The notes below the pieces were generated by a model. That model ran no database searches and was not told where the DNA came from. It saw only the letters and a program-made list of their open reading frames with translations. The position numbers and the translations under genes were made by a program. Shown piece by piece: positions 12,601 to 24,139 of a DNA stretch of 64,000 bases. The DNA is from Leptogorgia sarmentosa. Its lineage: Eukaryota. Location: assembly GCA_964658305.1 (NCBI GenBank), contig OZ210884.1:5704001-5768000 (forward strand), given 5' to 3'. Position 1 is the first letter of the stretch, and every line of letters begins with the position of its first letter.

Positions 12601-13067
12601 AACAGTTATTTGGTTGTACTAGAAATTCCAAAGCATAAGCAAGTGAAGAAGGCCGAAAAATTGGGTAGTGCTATGCATTATGAAATCGTTATCCATTTAT
12701 GAAATCGTTATCCATTTTATTTCTCGTTGCTCTTGAACGGATATATTTCGCATAGCATGTGCTGGCTTCGCCAGTGGTCGTACAGTTTGCAATAAGGCAG
12801 GCAGTAAGGCCTATTTTCCGCTTCGCGTTTTTGCGCAAACAAGTGAGATGTGATTGGAAGATGGTGTAATCCATGTTTGTCTTTCAAGTAGTTGTTTTTT
12901 TTCTCTATTCGTGCGAACAAAGTCTCCCAGAATGGAAAACTGGCTAATTTACACTTACCATTTCTTGGCTCTCCTTCTAGGCATGGTGCAGCTTTCGTGA
13001 AATGAATCCCGACAAAGATTGTTAGGAACAGCAGTTGTGATACACAGGAATCCATCAATTTTGTCAT
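9694..13067 (-). CDS. Type I membrane protein: signal peptide, single Ig-like domain, Ser/Thr-rich stalk, TM helix, very short tail (about 302 aa)
   Basis: complement(join(9694..9812,9953..9991,10105..10176,10483..10593,11120..11239,11913..12251,12959..13067)); alternative ATG at 13055. All six introns are GT-AG phase 1 and all internal exons are multiples of 3. Ig motifs: GDEINITC and VAVSCHSRN. TM segment: MLITVTLVLVIITLVLVSAAIVYVL, then RTISK-stop. Confidence 0.8.
10865..11103. mobile_element. MITE, Harbinger-like, in an intron of the Ig-TM gene
   Basis: Inverted ends CACTGTACAACAT..CAACTGTCGCATGCA / TGCATGCGACAGTTG..ATGTTGTACAGTG. A partial copy of the same family lies at about 36230-36330. 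Confidence 0.7.
12295..12577. mobile_element. MITE (hAT-like termini) in intron 1 of the Ig-TM gene
   Basis: 16-bp terminal inverted repeat CAAGGCCGTCGGAAGC / GCTTCCGACGGCCTTG, internal poly-G/C tracts, and TATTC repeated on both flanks. Confidence 0.8.
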
Positions 13068-13380
13068 CAATAAGTTATAAGCGCTAACCACAAAATTAAC
13101 GTGAAAAATATTCCATTAGTTCTAGCTATAGTACTGGATTTCATTTCTATGACTAATCTCACTGCCATGATGGTTTTACAGATATTCTGCGTGGCATGCA
13201 GGGAATAGGCAATATGAACCATTCTTTTGATAAGGCAGGCAGATTGTTTGCTGCAAACTGGTCCAAAACTTTGCTTTTTATTAATAACGACTTGCGATCA
13301 AGTGATATTATATATCTCAGTATGCAAAACGCTTTTACGGTTATCGAGTATCATTGTTGAAATGCAATGTTAAAATACAT

Positions 13381-14121
13381 ATATGTTATTTACCAGCTGG
13401 GAGGTCCGTACTGGAAAATATTTTGTCGAGGTCTCAAAAACGGCCCGAGGCCGAAGGCCGAGGGACGTTTTTGAGACCGAGACAAAATATTTTCCAGTAC
13501 GGACCGACCTAAATGGTAAATAACTTATTTATTTTTTTTCCTCGATGTTATGATAAAATTCGTCAAAAATTCCAGTGTTGCGAACTAGATTTTGAGATCA
13601 GTTTGTTTGTTTACTTTGCTACTCTATCGCAAGTATGGCTGCTAAACAGCCAAGACGAAGTGAGGAAAACCCCTTCAATTTTGACGCATTTTCTTCCATA
13701 TTCACGCATTTCCGCTCAACATTACGATGAAAAAGGTAAACTTGTTAAAATTATTTATTTTCCCGGTTGTTTCACGATAGAAACATGGTTAAAATACGCT
13801 TTAGACACCGAAATATTTCGCCGAGAATGTTTTGTTTTGTTGATACTGACGAGACTTGTTTTTGTCGCTGTAAATACTCCCTAAAATATCCCTTAGCATA
13901 ATAAAATGAACTTTCATGTGTTCTTTATCGCCTAAATTCGTTTTGAATATTTTAATAAGCGGCCATTCAATTTTAAAAAACAAAAACATTGACTATATTT
14001 GTATTAAATCTACGAGAATGCATGCGAGCGGTCCGTAAAGTAGGCTACGGACCGCTCGGTAACCAATCAGAAAGCTGTATTTAGGTTACGGACCGGGAGT
14101 TACGGACCGGAAAAAAATAAA
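13381..14121. mobile_element. Hairpin-ended non-autonomous repeat
   Basis: A 140-bp imperfect palindrome at 13385-13524 centred on GGCCGAAGGCC. The far end has a short hairpin (GAGCGGTCCGTA..TACGGACCGCTC), CCAATCAGA and further TACGGACC copies. Confidence 0.65.
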
Positions 14122-14136
14122 TGAAATTATTTTCAT

Positions 14137-14231
14137 TGTATTGCCTGTGGAATATATTGATGACAATCCACAATAAATGTATTGCCTGTGGAATATATTG
14201 ATATATGACAACCCACAAACCCACAATAAAT
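14137..14231. repeat. Two-copy tandem duplication (about 42 bp unit)
   Basis: TGTATTGCCTGTGGAATATATTGAT..GACAA.CCACAATAAA occurs twice in tandem. Confidence 0.8.
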
Positions 14232-17200
14232 AGTTTAGGGGCGGGAAAGCGTTTAACTTATCACTTTTCGAAAAGTATATAGCTAGTTTTCATTTCCACA
14301 ATTTAAGAGATTTTAACTAAAATTCACAATTTTGATTATTCCCAGCAGTGCCGTTTAGTAGTAACTTTTTTTAATTTATAGGGGAATGTTCTATTCAAGT
14401 TACTCAATGACAGTTATTAATTTACGCCATGCATGTAGCTATGTGTGTGGTGTCATGCCTGAATATATCCGTGGGAGGATATTGTGCACATAATCTTTAT
14501 ATTGCTCGTTGAAAGCTTTTGTTGTAGCAATTAATCATAACTAACTATGCCACTTCAACTTTAAAGAAGTTATGAATAAATTTAAAATAATTCTGTATCG
14601 TGTCAATGCTTTTTTAAGCAATGGATGCTGAAAGAGTTTGTTTAACTAACATTCTAGTTGTAAGGATTTCTCACAGGAAGAATGGAAAACTAAACATCTT
14701 TGCTGTTTCATTTGCATACATAGACATGCTAACCATAAATATAAAATAATACTGCTGCTACCTAGCCTGTTTTGTAAAGCTTCACTTTAAGTCACATTGG
14801 AAATTAGTACAATTATTGTTATCGACTCCTATACTCATTCCCTGCAGTAGCTACCACACGATTATTTAAATTAACAAACTGCCGGTCGGGTTTAAACCTT
14901 ATCATCGCTACTCAATTGAATTTATTTAAAAAAGACGATCCTTGACAGGGTAAAAAAGCACATTGTCTATATTCTGCCAGTACTATTCACATTGTAGTTA
15001 AACTTACAGCTAGCATACACCTAGTCTAATGACGAATTAATTTAAAATTAATTTTAAAAATTCAATCGTATTTGATATTTAAACGCAATACTTATTGACT
15101 TCAGCGAATATTTCCCATGCACCACCGCCAGAAAATACTTGATTTTTGGCCTTTTTTTCTAACATCTGCCGGAAATTAACTTATTGTTCCAGATTGACAT
15201 GAACATGAAAAGGACAATGCCTCCATTAGCTAAACCGCATTGAGCTTGTCGAACATTCTCATAACATTCATTTCGTGAGGGATTAACGCTTATCTTAATT
15301 GACGTCCTCTGTTTGAGAATAGTCCTGATAAGGAATTGAAACATTGCCGGTTGATAGAAAACGACTATGACGAAGGTGTTAGTGTAGACTTTGCCATTTA
15401 TATCCTACAATATCGCGTTGTACACTTTGTTATTTACGTAATCAAAGCATTGATCTATGAACAGGATAAAACGATGTCCCTGGCCGTTTAATTATTAATT
15501 TTACGTATTTGCTAATTTATTGATCAATATACGCGAGCATAGATGGTTTACCAAAATACATAACTGAATAATAGCTTGAAATTAAGTTAGCTATTTAACG
15601 ATATAACAAATACCTCTGAAAGTACTGATTTATTTATTTCCTTCACAAATATCTTGCCAATTAGAAAATTATGAGAAAGCAGCTACAACGATGTGTCGAT
15701 TTGTGATCCAAAGTGACTAAAGGTGATGATATTTAAAGAATATTACGACCTTGTTATGGAAATTTATCGATGATCGATCTCAACTTCATAAAATTACTTA
15801 TTGAGCGTGCGCAAGAGAAGATTTCATTCCCTACCTCTGATGAGAACAACGAGTTGCTGCAGTCAGAAATTCGCCACGTTTGAACGTTTCATATATAAAA
15901 CTGCGAGCAACAACTTTAACACCTCAATGACAGCATGATCAAGAATGAAATCAATGAATAAATCATATTTGAACAAGTGTCATATCCTGTAGAATGCAAT
16001 ATATTACATTAAAGAAATTGAAACTTTTCTTTCAGAAAGTCATGCAAGATTTCCTTTCATAAGCTAGAAAGTTGTAAGGGAATAAGAAATGATCTGGTAG
16101 TTTCAATTATTGAGAGAAACGATATGTCAGCAGGAAATTAGCGATGAGAAAACATATTATGGCAAACACCTGCACAAAGCAGGCAAAAGTCATGCATTGC
16201 GTTGGATGAATGACAAACTCTAGAGTAAGTACTAAGTAGTAAGCAGGAATTAAGTTGTAGCTAGGCTGACTCATCCTCCCCAGGAGTCAAAACCAATGAT
16301 CCTCTCTGTTAATGTGAATTAACGTTTTATTTTGAAAAAGATGTAAAGTGATATTGCCTTTGGAGTAATATTTTTTGTCTTGTTTCATCTAAATATATTA
16401 AAAAAGGAGTGGCCGCTGAAGTGGCAATATCGAGTAATAACCTTTCACTGTAGCAACAGAAGATAACAAAGCATAGAGTTTGTATTCCATCGACGGCTAT
16501 TAGGGCTATTTCTATGGGACAAAAAGTGTGTTAGTGTCTCAGGTAGGAAGTGTCTTGAATGTATTAAGAAGAGCTAGGTGCGCCTGTATGAACAGTCAAC
16601 CTCGCGTGTCATGTATAAGTTGCGTGTTATTTTGTTTCGTATATAAATGGCCCTAATATATGTAGATATATAGAATATCGTGACGCAGGTATATTTTGGA
16701 AGGGAGAGTGAAGAGTTGCTGTACGTGAAGAATAATGGAACACTTCATGCCCGCACTTAACAGGATGCATGGATGATAAAGCAGATCGTAATTAGCTAAC
16801 CTGATTTCGTCGTTATAGAATCGTTTGATTTCCGTTCTAGATTAGTCTTTGTTTCTCATATCGTTCCGTATAATGCTATGAGTATTTGCAGAGATCCCAA
16901 ATGGTCAGTGACAAAATATGTACTTAACTTTTGGCCTAGTGGAATGAGATTTTCGAAAACCAAATTGACAGTCACTAAGAATTAACCTATAAAAGTGATC
17001 TCGTTTTACAAAATAATTAATGAAACTTTTTTTATGTTATAATCTTGATCTACGTATTCAGCACAATTATAAGACGTTTGGCTGTTCAAAATCTATAACA
17101 GTTAAAGGACTCACATACTCGCTCCTCCATGCTCCTCCCTGCAGCCTTGGCGCAACCAGTTGCGACCAACATCCCTTCTATGACCAAGTTTATTGTAAGA

Positions 17201-17825
17201 TGTGGTCCTCCTGATTAATGAGATGCACCTTAAAACCTTAAAAACATGCTTATGTAAAACATGTTCCTGTAAATCGTATGAATTTTATTAATAGAAATCA
17301 AAACAAAAATATAAGCATCATTTACGAGGAAGCATCTAGCTGAAACTCTTTTGTTGGTAACGTTTTGATTAAAGTAATATTTTTACTGTGATAGCTACCA
17401 TGCAGTTACACGATACAAGATTCACATCCGAGTCACATCTACTTTCCAGTTTTGCCTTCTCTTAAAACGTTTTATATTTGCAGTTTTAGTTTTATTCAGT
17501 TGAATTGTCGTAAATTTTAGCAAAATAGCAAAATTTGATGTCGCTCCGATAATAATCCAGTGTCGTATAACTGAGTTCACAAGTGCTGAGATTTTGTAAA
17601 TCCAAGTCGCCTGCGCGTGCAGAAATTGTTTTTAGGCTCACTTTCCTCGGGAGGTACTGGGTCGAGGATATTATATGGCAATTCTGACTGTAAACAGAAG
17701 ATATTGTCTTTTCTTTTTCTTTTTACTTTTTCTAAACCAGGCCCCAAACACTAATTCTGACCCTAACAACAAAATGTTGAGAAAAAAAGCTTGAAAGAAA
17801 ACAAACAAAATGACAAAAAAACAAC

Positions 17826-17895
17826 ACGCGAGATTCGAACCTGCAGGGTCGCTGCTGGCGAGTCGGGAGCAGAACCTCTGAGCCAACGAAGCTCG
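17826..17895 (-). pseudogene. tRNA-derived fragment (SINE head or pseudo-tRNA) inside a repeat
   Basis: Minus strand shows A-box-like TGGCTCAGAGG (17885-17875) and B-box-like GGTTCGAATCT (17841-17831) at tRNA-like spacing. I could not build a convincing acceptor stem. Confidence 0.5.
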
Positions 17896-18139
17896 ACAAA
17901 AGTGCCGGTAAAAACCTTTTATATGAATAGATTTTGCAATACAACATACAAGGTACGCGCGGTTACTAAGTATCCCAAAGAATGTGAGTGATCCCAAAAT
18001 AAATTTTTGCCCTGCCCGTGCAAGAACAAGTACTTCATTCAGGGTTAATATATGTATACGCCGCTGAACGTAATCAATCGATCCAGCATATTCGAAGTAT
18101 GTAGGCGGCAAGCAATCATTTATACAAAATGCATGCACT

Positions 18140-18323
18140 CAGGGCCGTCGCTAGAACATTAATTGGGGGGGGGGGGTGCATATTCATATTTTGGCGTTCT
18201 GCCGACTGATTTCTTTTGAAATCAGTTGTTTATGAATTAATTTCTAAAGAAATCAGTCGGCAGAACGCCAAAATATGAATATGCACCCCCCCCCCCCCAA
18301 TTAACGTTCTAGCGACGGCCCTG
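18140..18323. mobile_element. Fold-back MITE, hAT-type, recent insertion
   Basis: About 75-bp near-perfect inverted arms starting CAGGGCCGTCGCTAGAAC, with an exact 8-bp TSD CATGCACT (18132-18139 and 18324-18331). Confidence 0.92.
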
Positions 18324-18847
18324 CATGCACTGCAATTAAGCATCATGCAAGCGCCATGACAATTGCCTTTATTTTAAAAATCCAAACAAACTTGGAGCCA
18401 TGGATTATAACTAACTGATAACGTAATATTTGATATTGCCACTAAATTTGCCCAGGAAAGCTGTATCGACAAAAGTGTAAATTCAGATGACGAGACATAA
18501 TTTAATCGTCTTTTCTTTGCCCACAATGTAAAATATGTGTTTTTTGAAATCATGCATAGCGAATGACTATAAACACAGCATGAGTTTTATCACTATTGAA
18601 CATCTCATTGAGGTGGATATCTGAGTGCATACCAATACTCAAGCGCCTTCGTTCCGTCGCTGTGAAAATCTTTCTCGTTGGTCATTCAGTAAATTATCAA
18701 GAGTAATAACGTAAGTGTATGTAGTGGTTATTGTAGATATATAGTACATGGTATTGAAGGGTTATAAGCAAAGGGAATATCAGAGTAGTGTTGGTCTAAG
18801 TAGCGGCACTTGACAAGACAACAGTGAATTTTGTTTTCTTTAGTTGA

Positions 18848-18920
18848 TATAAAAGAGTCGCTTTCGTGGTCAATTGCTGTGTAAAGTTTGTGTTTAAACA
18901 AATACTGAGGATTTATTTCG
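18848..18920 (+). promoter_or_regulatory. Candidate TATA promoter and non-coding first exon of the ATP-grasp gene
   Basis: TATAAAAG at 18848-18855 and a donor CG|GTAACG after 18920. A strong acceptor (TTTTTGTAG) ends at 21357, just before the ATG at 21376. Pairing of the two sites is inferred. Confidence 0.35.
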
Positions 18921-19868
18921 GTAACGTTATGTTTGGGTTTTTCATGAACAATTTAATGATTTGCAAGTTTATATTGAACTCTTTGACACGCAATCTTAGA
19001 ACATGACCCCACCCACTCAACCAATCAGAAGTCAGTATTCTAGTGGTCTATATCTTATAGTGAATTCATATAGTGAGTCTATCAAACAGAGCATACTATG
19101 CTCCATATAGAGCATACTAATGAGCCTATTGTTCTCTTTTGTTTCACGGCCAAATATTCCTCGTGGGTGTGATCATGTTGTAAGAGGGCCGTAGGCCACG
19201 AGGGCCGTAGGCCCGAGTGACTGTCTAACTAATTCGAGGGAGTCTATATCCCATTGAACACAAGTGATCATTGTCTATCCTATACAAAGAAACCATTTAC
19301 ATTCGAATAATGATAAAGATTTTTGTTCGATTCAAAAGACATTTATTTGAATTAAATATCTTCAACTATCAATATCTGTTCGGTATCTAATGAATGAGCA
19401 AAACCAACCAAATCTGTTAATACAAATTAAATGTATTTCAAAACGAAAAAGTCGTGACATACTGTCAATGAATTGCCTATAGGTGGCATTCAACATTTGA
19501 ATAAATTTCCATGATCATTGTGCCATAGTCAAGTTTTAAAACACAATTTAGATATTTGAGAACCATTTCTGAACATATTAGATGATTAGAGGTACATATA
19601 TCAATGAAATACGTTGATTCCTAAATTAAGCGCATTCTTATCTGTGAATTTATTTATAAACTATTAAATATGATCGTTTGAATGGAATTCCATTGTGTAA
19701 AGTTTTTCGTATCTCAATCATTGCCGTTTTTGCCCCAATCAATGACACATTTGTCCATAGCAAATGTTTTAATAGTTTTGGGGATTAAAACAAACATGAT
19801 TTTGATCCAGAACGAAACGGAAAAGCAAATGTCCTGTAGTAAATGAAGTTTGACGTCGTGTAGGCGTG

Positions 19869-20276
19869 CAGTGGCGTAGGAAGGCGGGGGGCAAAGGGGG
19901 CACGTGCCCCCCCAACTTTTTTCAAGTGACTAAAAGTGCCCTTTTTTTGTGATGAAAAGTGCCCTTTTTTGTGACGAAAAGTGCCCTGTTTTGTACAAGG
20001 TAATGTCGCTGCAAATACTAAATGAACACAAAAGGTGCCCTTTTTGTTTGGAAAATTAAAATCTTTAAAAGAAAATTTGTCAAATACATCGATTTCGGGT
20101 TGTTTTTGTGGCCAAAAATGGTAGACTCGCGGAAAAGACTTGGCTACAACTCCGCCCCCTCTCCCCCCCGCTCGCCAACAATTCCAAGAAACATCTTATA
20201 TGCTCCCTTTTCATCCACAAAGTGCCCCTAGAAGACGGTGCCCCCCCCCAAACTTCAGATGCTTCCTACGCCCCTG
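19869..20276. mobile_element. Non-autonomous hAT-type element (408 bp)
   Basis: Terminal inverted repeats CAGTGGCGTAGGAAG / CTTCCTACGCCCCTG, exact 8-bp TSD TAGGCGTG (19861-19868 and 20277-20284), and subterminal AAAGTGCCC repeats. Confidence 0.92.
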
Positions 20277-21375
20277 TAGGCGTGAGTTTCTTTACACCTT
20301 AGCAGCTAGCTTGGTATGTCTGCTCTCTCACATTGTAATTGATTTTGTTGTTTCGATTGTGGATATTTTAAAGCGTCCAAGTGTATACTTGATTTTTACA
20401 GTTCGAGTCCTTCATAGGAATGACAATGAAATGAAATGATTTAAGCTTTGAATTATAATTATGCCAATTAATGTATCTTAAATTTTGGTCTAAATATTTT
20501 GTTCCTGTTTTTGGCGTTTCCATATGAAAACTTTTCCACTCTCAAGTCAAACTTTTCAAAATTACTAGAGATATATGTTCACAATCGCTCTGGGTTCACT
20601 CGTTTAGGAATTTTGAGTGCTTGAAATAACACTTTGTATAATCTGGTTGTATGTTGTATAAAATACGTGCCTCTTCAGTAAAATAAAGTGATTGAAGACA
20701 TAGCATCAACAGAAATTTTCTTTGACGTTATAAATAAAAATAAGGTCAATTGAGAAGCTCACCGTTGAGATATTATTTAACTGCACATTCCAATGTCACG
20801 ATTCACAGTTCGGTTAGGGCATGCATTTAGCATCTCGTTTGTTCGAGAAGTTTGCCGGTGTATTCACAACACGTAAAAATTCATTAAATTAAATTAGGTA
20901 GGTTTACAGTAATCAAGACGTTGAGATTTTTACTGCATGTCTGCATGGATTTTCGTATTTTTCAAAATTAAAAAGTAATAACAAATTTAGAATTTAAAGT
21001 TTTTAATTTCACGGCAAATTATGTACTTTCACAGATATGTGAACTAAATAAGTAATGTGAACTATACAAGTCAAATTTGGGGTTTGTGCAAAAAAATTAC
21101 CAAAAACTGTTTGCAGTTCTGTTCACTTCTAAAGTGATTTTTAGAAAACCCCAAAGCCATTGGTCCATTTTTCTAGTAATGCATAAACCAGCTCTGTATC
21201 TTTTACCTTTGTGTAAACCCAATAAATTAGCCAGATAGTCTTCCGCCGAGGAAGGGGTGAATATTTATATATTCGTGTCCTGCCCGAAGAATTTCGTTTA
21301 AAAATCATGTTTAGTTTGTGACGTACAAATTATTTTTTTCAATTATCCTTTTTGTAGAATTTATATTTGTTCAAA

Positions 21376-23044
21376 ATGTTTGGCAAAGTCCTGATTCTTC
21401 TGCCAAATAAGAACGACAGAGCGGAGGCATCTAAAATAGATCCGAAGAAATATGAAATTCATTTCCTCCACGCTTCAGATGAAGTTAAAGATAAAAAAAT
21501 GTCGACATTTGGCTACAGTGAGTACTTGGAAAAACCAGGTTTTCTTAACAACTACGTCGAACGAGCCGTGGAATACGTGAGGAAGAATGGTATAAGTGGA
21601 ATCATGTATGGACATGATATGTCTTCCATTATTGCTTCAGTGGTCGGCGAGATAACTGGATTGCCTGCTCCACCATTAAACTCCACGTTCGTGTCTCTTC
21701 ATAAATATTATTCTCGCCAGAATAGTCCTGACAACCTTTGGTACGACTATATCGACCTCGATGATTCAAATGAAAGTTGGAAAGCTAAAATTCGCTATCC
21801 TTGTTTTGTGAAAGCCCCGTTCCTGATGTTTAACAAAGGCTGTTGTGCTGTTGAGAACGAAGCCGCAATGATGAAAGCGTTAGCCGATATTCGTGAGCTT
21901 ACATTGCCATTCTTCATAGGCTATGCAGATTTCTTTCACAAATATCTGGATTTAAAGAAATTTCCCTTGGCAGTGAAGAATATTGTGGTAGCAGAAGAAC
22001 TGATTCATTGCAAGGATCAATATTACGTGGAATCCTGGGTTGATGGGAATGGAGTCTGCTTCACTTACACAACCGCTGTTGAATGTTTTTGCAACCAGAA
22101 GGAGGATATCATCACAGGTTACGTAACTCCAGAGTTCACGTTAAACGAGAATAATGGAGCAGCCATGGTGAAAACAGCAGAAGAAGCTGCACTTCGTGCT
22201 GGTCTTCTCAACACGTTCTTCAACGTGGAGCTGTGGAAAATTGGAAACGAATTCAAAGTCGTAGAAATAAATTCCCGATGCGTATCAATGTCCTCGGCTA
22301 CGTACACAAGGATGTTTGGCTTCAGTAATTACGAGGCTGCGATTGCTCTGGCTTGTGGGAAAATCGACAATATTCCCAAACCCACTTCTGTTCTGTATCA
22401 ACAAGGTGAGTTTCAATTTCATTACTCTATTATTTTTGTTTCTTTTCCGACTGTTCCACGCAGTGTTTCTTTAGTTAGTGAATTTTCTTGTGTTATTGCG
22501 AAAGTGCTGACACCATGTATGGGATTCCGAGTGCTTTTTCTTCAAGTAATTTCTAAATTTAGAGACTCTCACATGCTGTATGTGTTTTGACTGTTAATTA
22601 TCTTTCTTTTTGAAAAAAGGCAACCTGTTGGCTTCGGCGCCCCTGACCAATATTGCAGTTATTAATCATTGAAGAATGATTAAAATATATAAACAATATT
22701 TTATCATATTTTCATTACCAGGTGATGAGATTTCTGGCGATTTTTATATCTTGTCTTACAAAGAGGGAATTGCCAAAGACTTGATCGATTTCGAGTATGC
22801 AAGAAATGGTGCTGTTTTGGACGGTGCTTATAACAACGACGGTGCTGGAATCGAGCTTTTTGTTACAGAAGAGTCAGTAGTGAAGCAAACGTCAACAAGA
22901 GGTGTAATGTTATGTTCTTATCTGTTAACAGCCAAGACAACAAATGAGCTCTTTGAAAATATGAAAAAGATCCGTTCAAAACTATTCTTGTGTGAGGATC
23001 ATCCAGATTTGCATATGACTGAACTGCGTGCACGAGAATTTTAA
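21376..23044 (+). CDS. Standalone ATP-grasp fold enzyme (amino-acid/peptide ligase-like), 450 aa
   Basis: join(21376..22405,22722..23044) with a phase-1 GT-AG intron (G|GTGAGT ... CCAG|GT); 1353 nt. ATP-grasp motifs appear in order: HKYYSR, YPCFVKAP, VVAEELI, FFNVELW, KVVEINSR. Confidence 0.85.
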
Positions 23045-24089
23045 TATAACATGAAATGTTAAAATCATATATGTATAATGTTAAAGATATTATGTATGTA
23101 TCTTGTATACCTAGCACTATATCCAAATTAACATATATAATGTACACCACCTGACTTTTGGGATATTAGTAAAATTATATAGACTGTTATGGCGTATGGT
23201 TGATGAGAAATTGCTAGATGTGAATGCTTTTAATTTTAGTTTTTTTCAGTTGTGATTGGACTTTCTAGGATTTTAGACTGTAAAGCACTTTAGTTAGAAG
23301 TTATTTAATATATGAAGGCTCCGAAATAAATAAATATAGTTTCAATCAGGTAAAAGTCAAAATTTTTAAATTAACGTCACGTTTCTTCACTCATAAGTAT
23401 TAAGACCTGCTCTCCGCCTTCCCCATCTTATAGCTAGGTTCTATAAGTATAAAAAGAAATTTATATGTCAGCAGTTGAATTGAACCCTTGGCCTCGCCCC
23501 ATCGCCCCCCCCCCCCTTCCCCTCACCTCCTTCATATGCAGCGGACGGCGGACCTTGGATCAGTGGAAAGTTAACGAAAGCTTAATTGGGCGATTCAAAA
23601 TCATTCAGAGGAATATAATAACTAAACTACATACGGTCAACTCTCGTCCAGCTATTACCGACATCACGCTATGAAAGTAAAAATTGTATTCCAATGGCTC
23701 TCACTATTACGGACGCTTGCTACTACAGCATTCGTTGTTCTTCTCTCGTTACAATGGACAACTTATTGGAAGTATTTTTCTCTAGACACAACAATTCAGG
23801 GTAATTAATTTTTCATTCGAAACGGCTGGAGACATGATACAGTAAGGAGGAAGTACTGTACCTTTGAATGTTTTTCTTGGTTCATGAGGATAAAGTAGTT
23901 GGGTTGAATTTATGCACAATTTCTACTCATTGTGTTCTACTTTCTACTCATTTCCCGCAGGAAGCCTCAACTATAGCTATAATACTGTTTACTGGCCGGC
24001 GCCAGAGTTAGTTCTTTCTCGATTTACAGAGTGCTTTGTTAGTGAGAGCCTATAGTATAAATATAGAGATAAAGGATACGTTTATACTG

Positions 24090-24139
24090 AAACATTTACT
24101 TTAAGTTCCTGGAGGTGATACTCCGTCTTCAGAACGTTT
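24090..24139 (-). ncRNA. Degenerate minimal type I hammerhead ribozyme
   Basis: Minus strand reads AAACGUU-CUGAAGA-CGGAG(UAUCAC)CUCCA-GGAA-CUUAAAG-UA-AAUGUUU. Stems I, II and a minimal stem III are present with a GUA cleavage triplet; there are two deviations from consensus. Confidence 0.7.

Noticed and set aside
9694..13067. Naming the Ig protein an Alr1/Alr2 allorecognition ortholog
   Set aside because: It has only one Ig domain and no long tail, and I cannot show sequence similarity.
12717..13091. 124-aa ORF as an independent secreted peptide
   Set aside because: A consensus donor G|GTAAGT after 12959 splices the signal-peptide exon in frame to the Ig exon; the rest is best read as intron read-through.
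13513..20439. ORFs 13513..13884, 17671..18138 and 20022..20439
   Set aside because: They lie inside repeats or MITEs, are low-complexity, and show no transposase motifs.
4521..23044. Biosynthetic cluster of ATP-grasp ligase plus MFS exporter
   Set aside because: The genes are 14 kb apart, on opposite strands and separated by an unrelated gene. The transporter is an ordinary animal SLC49 member, and nothing in the sequence links them.
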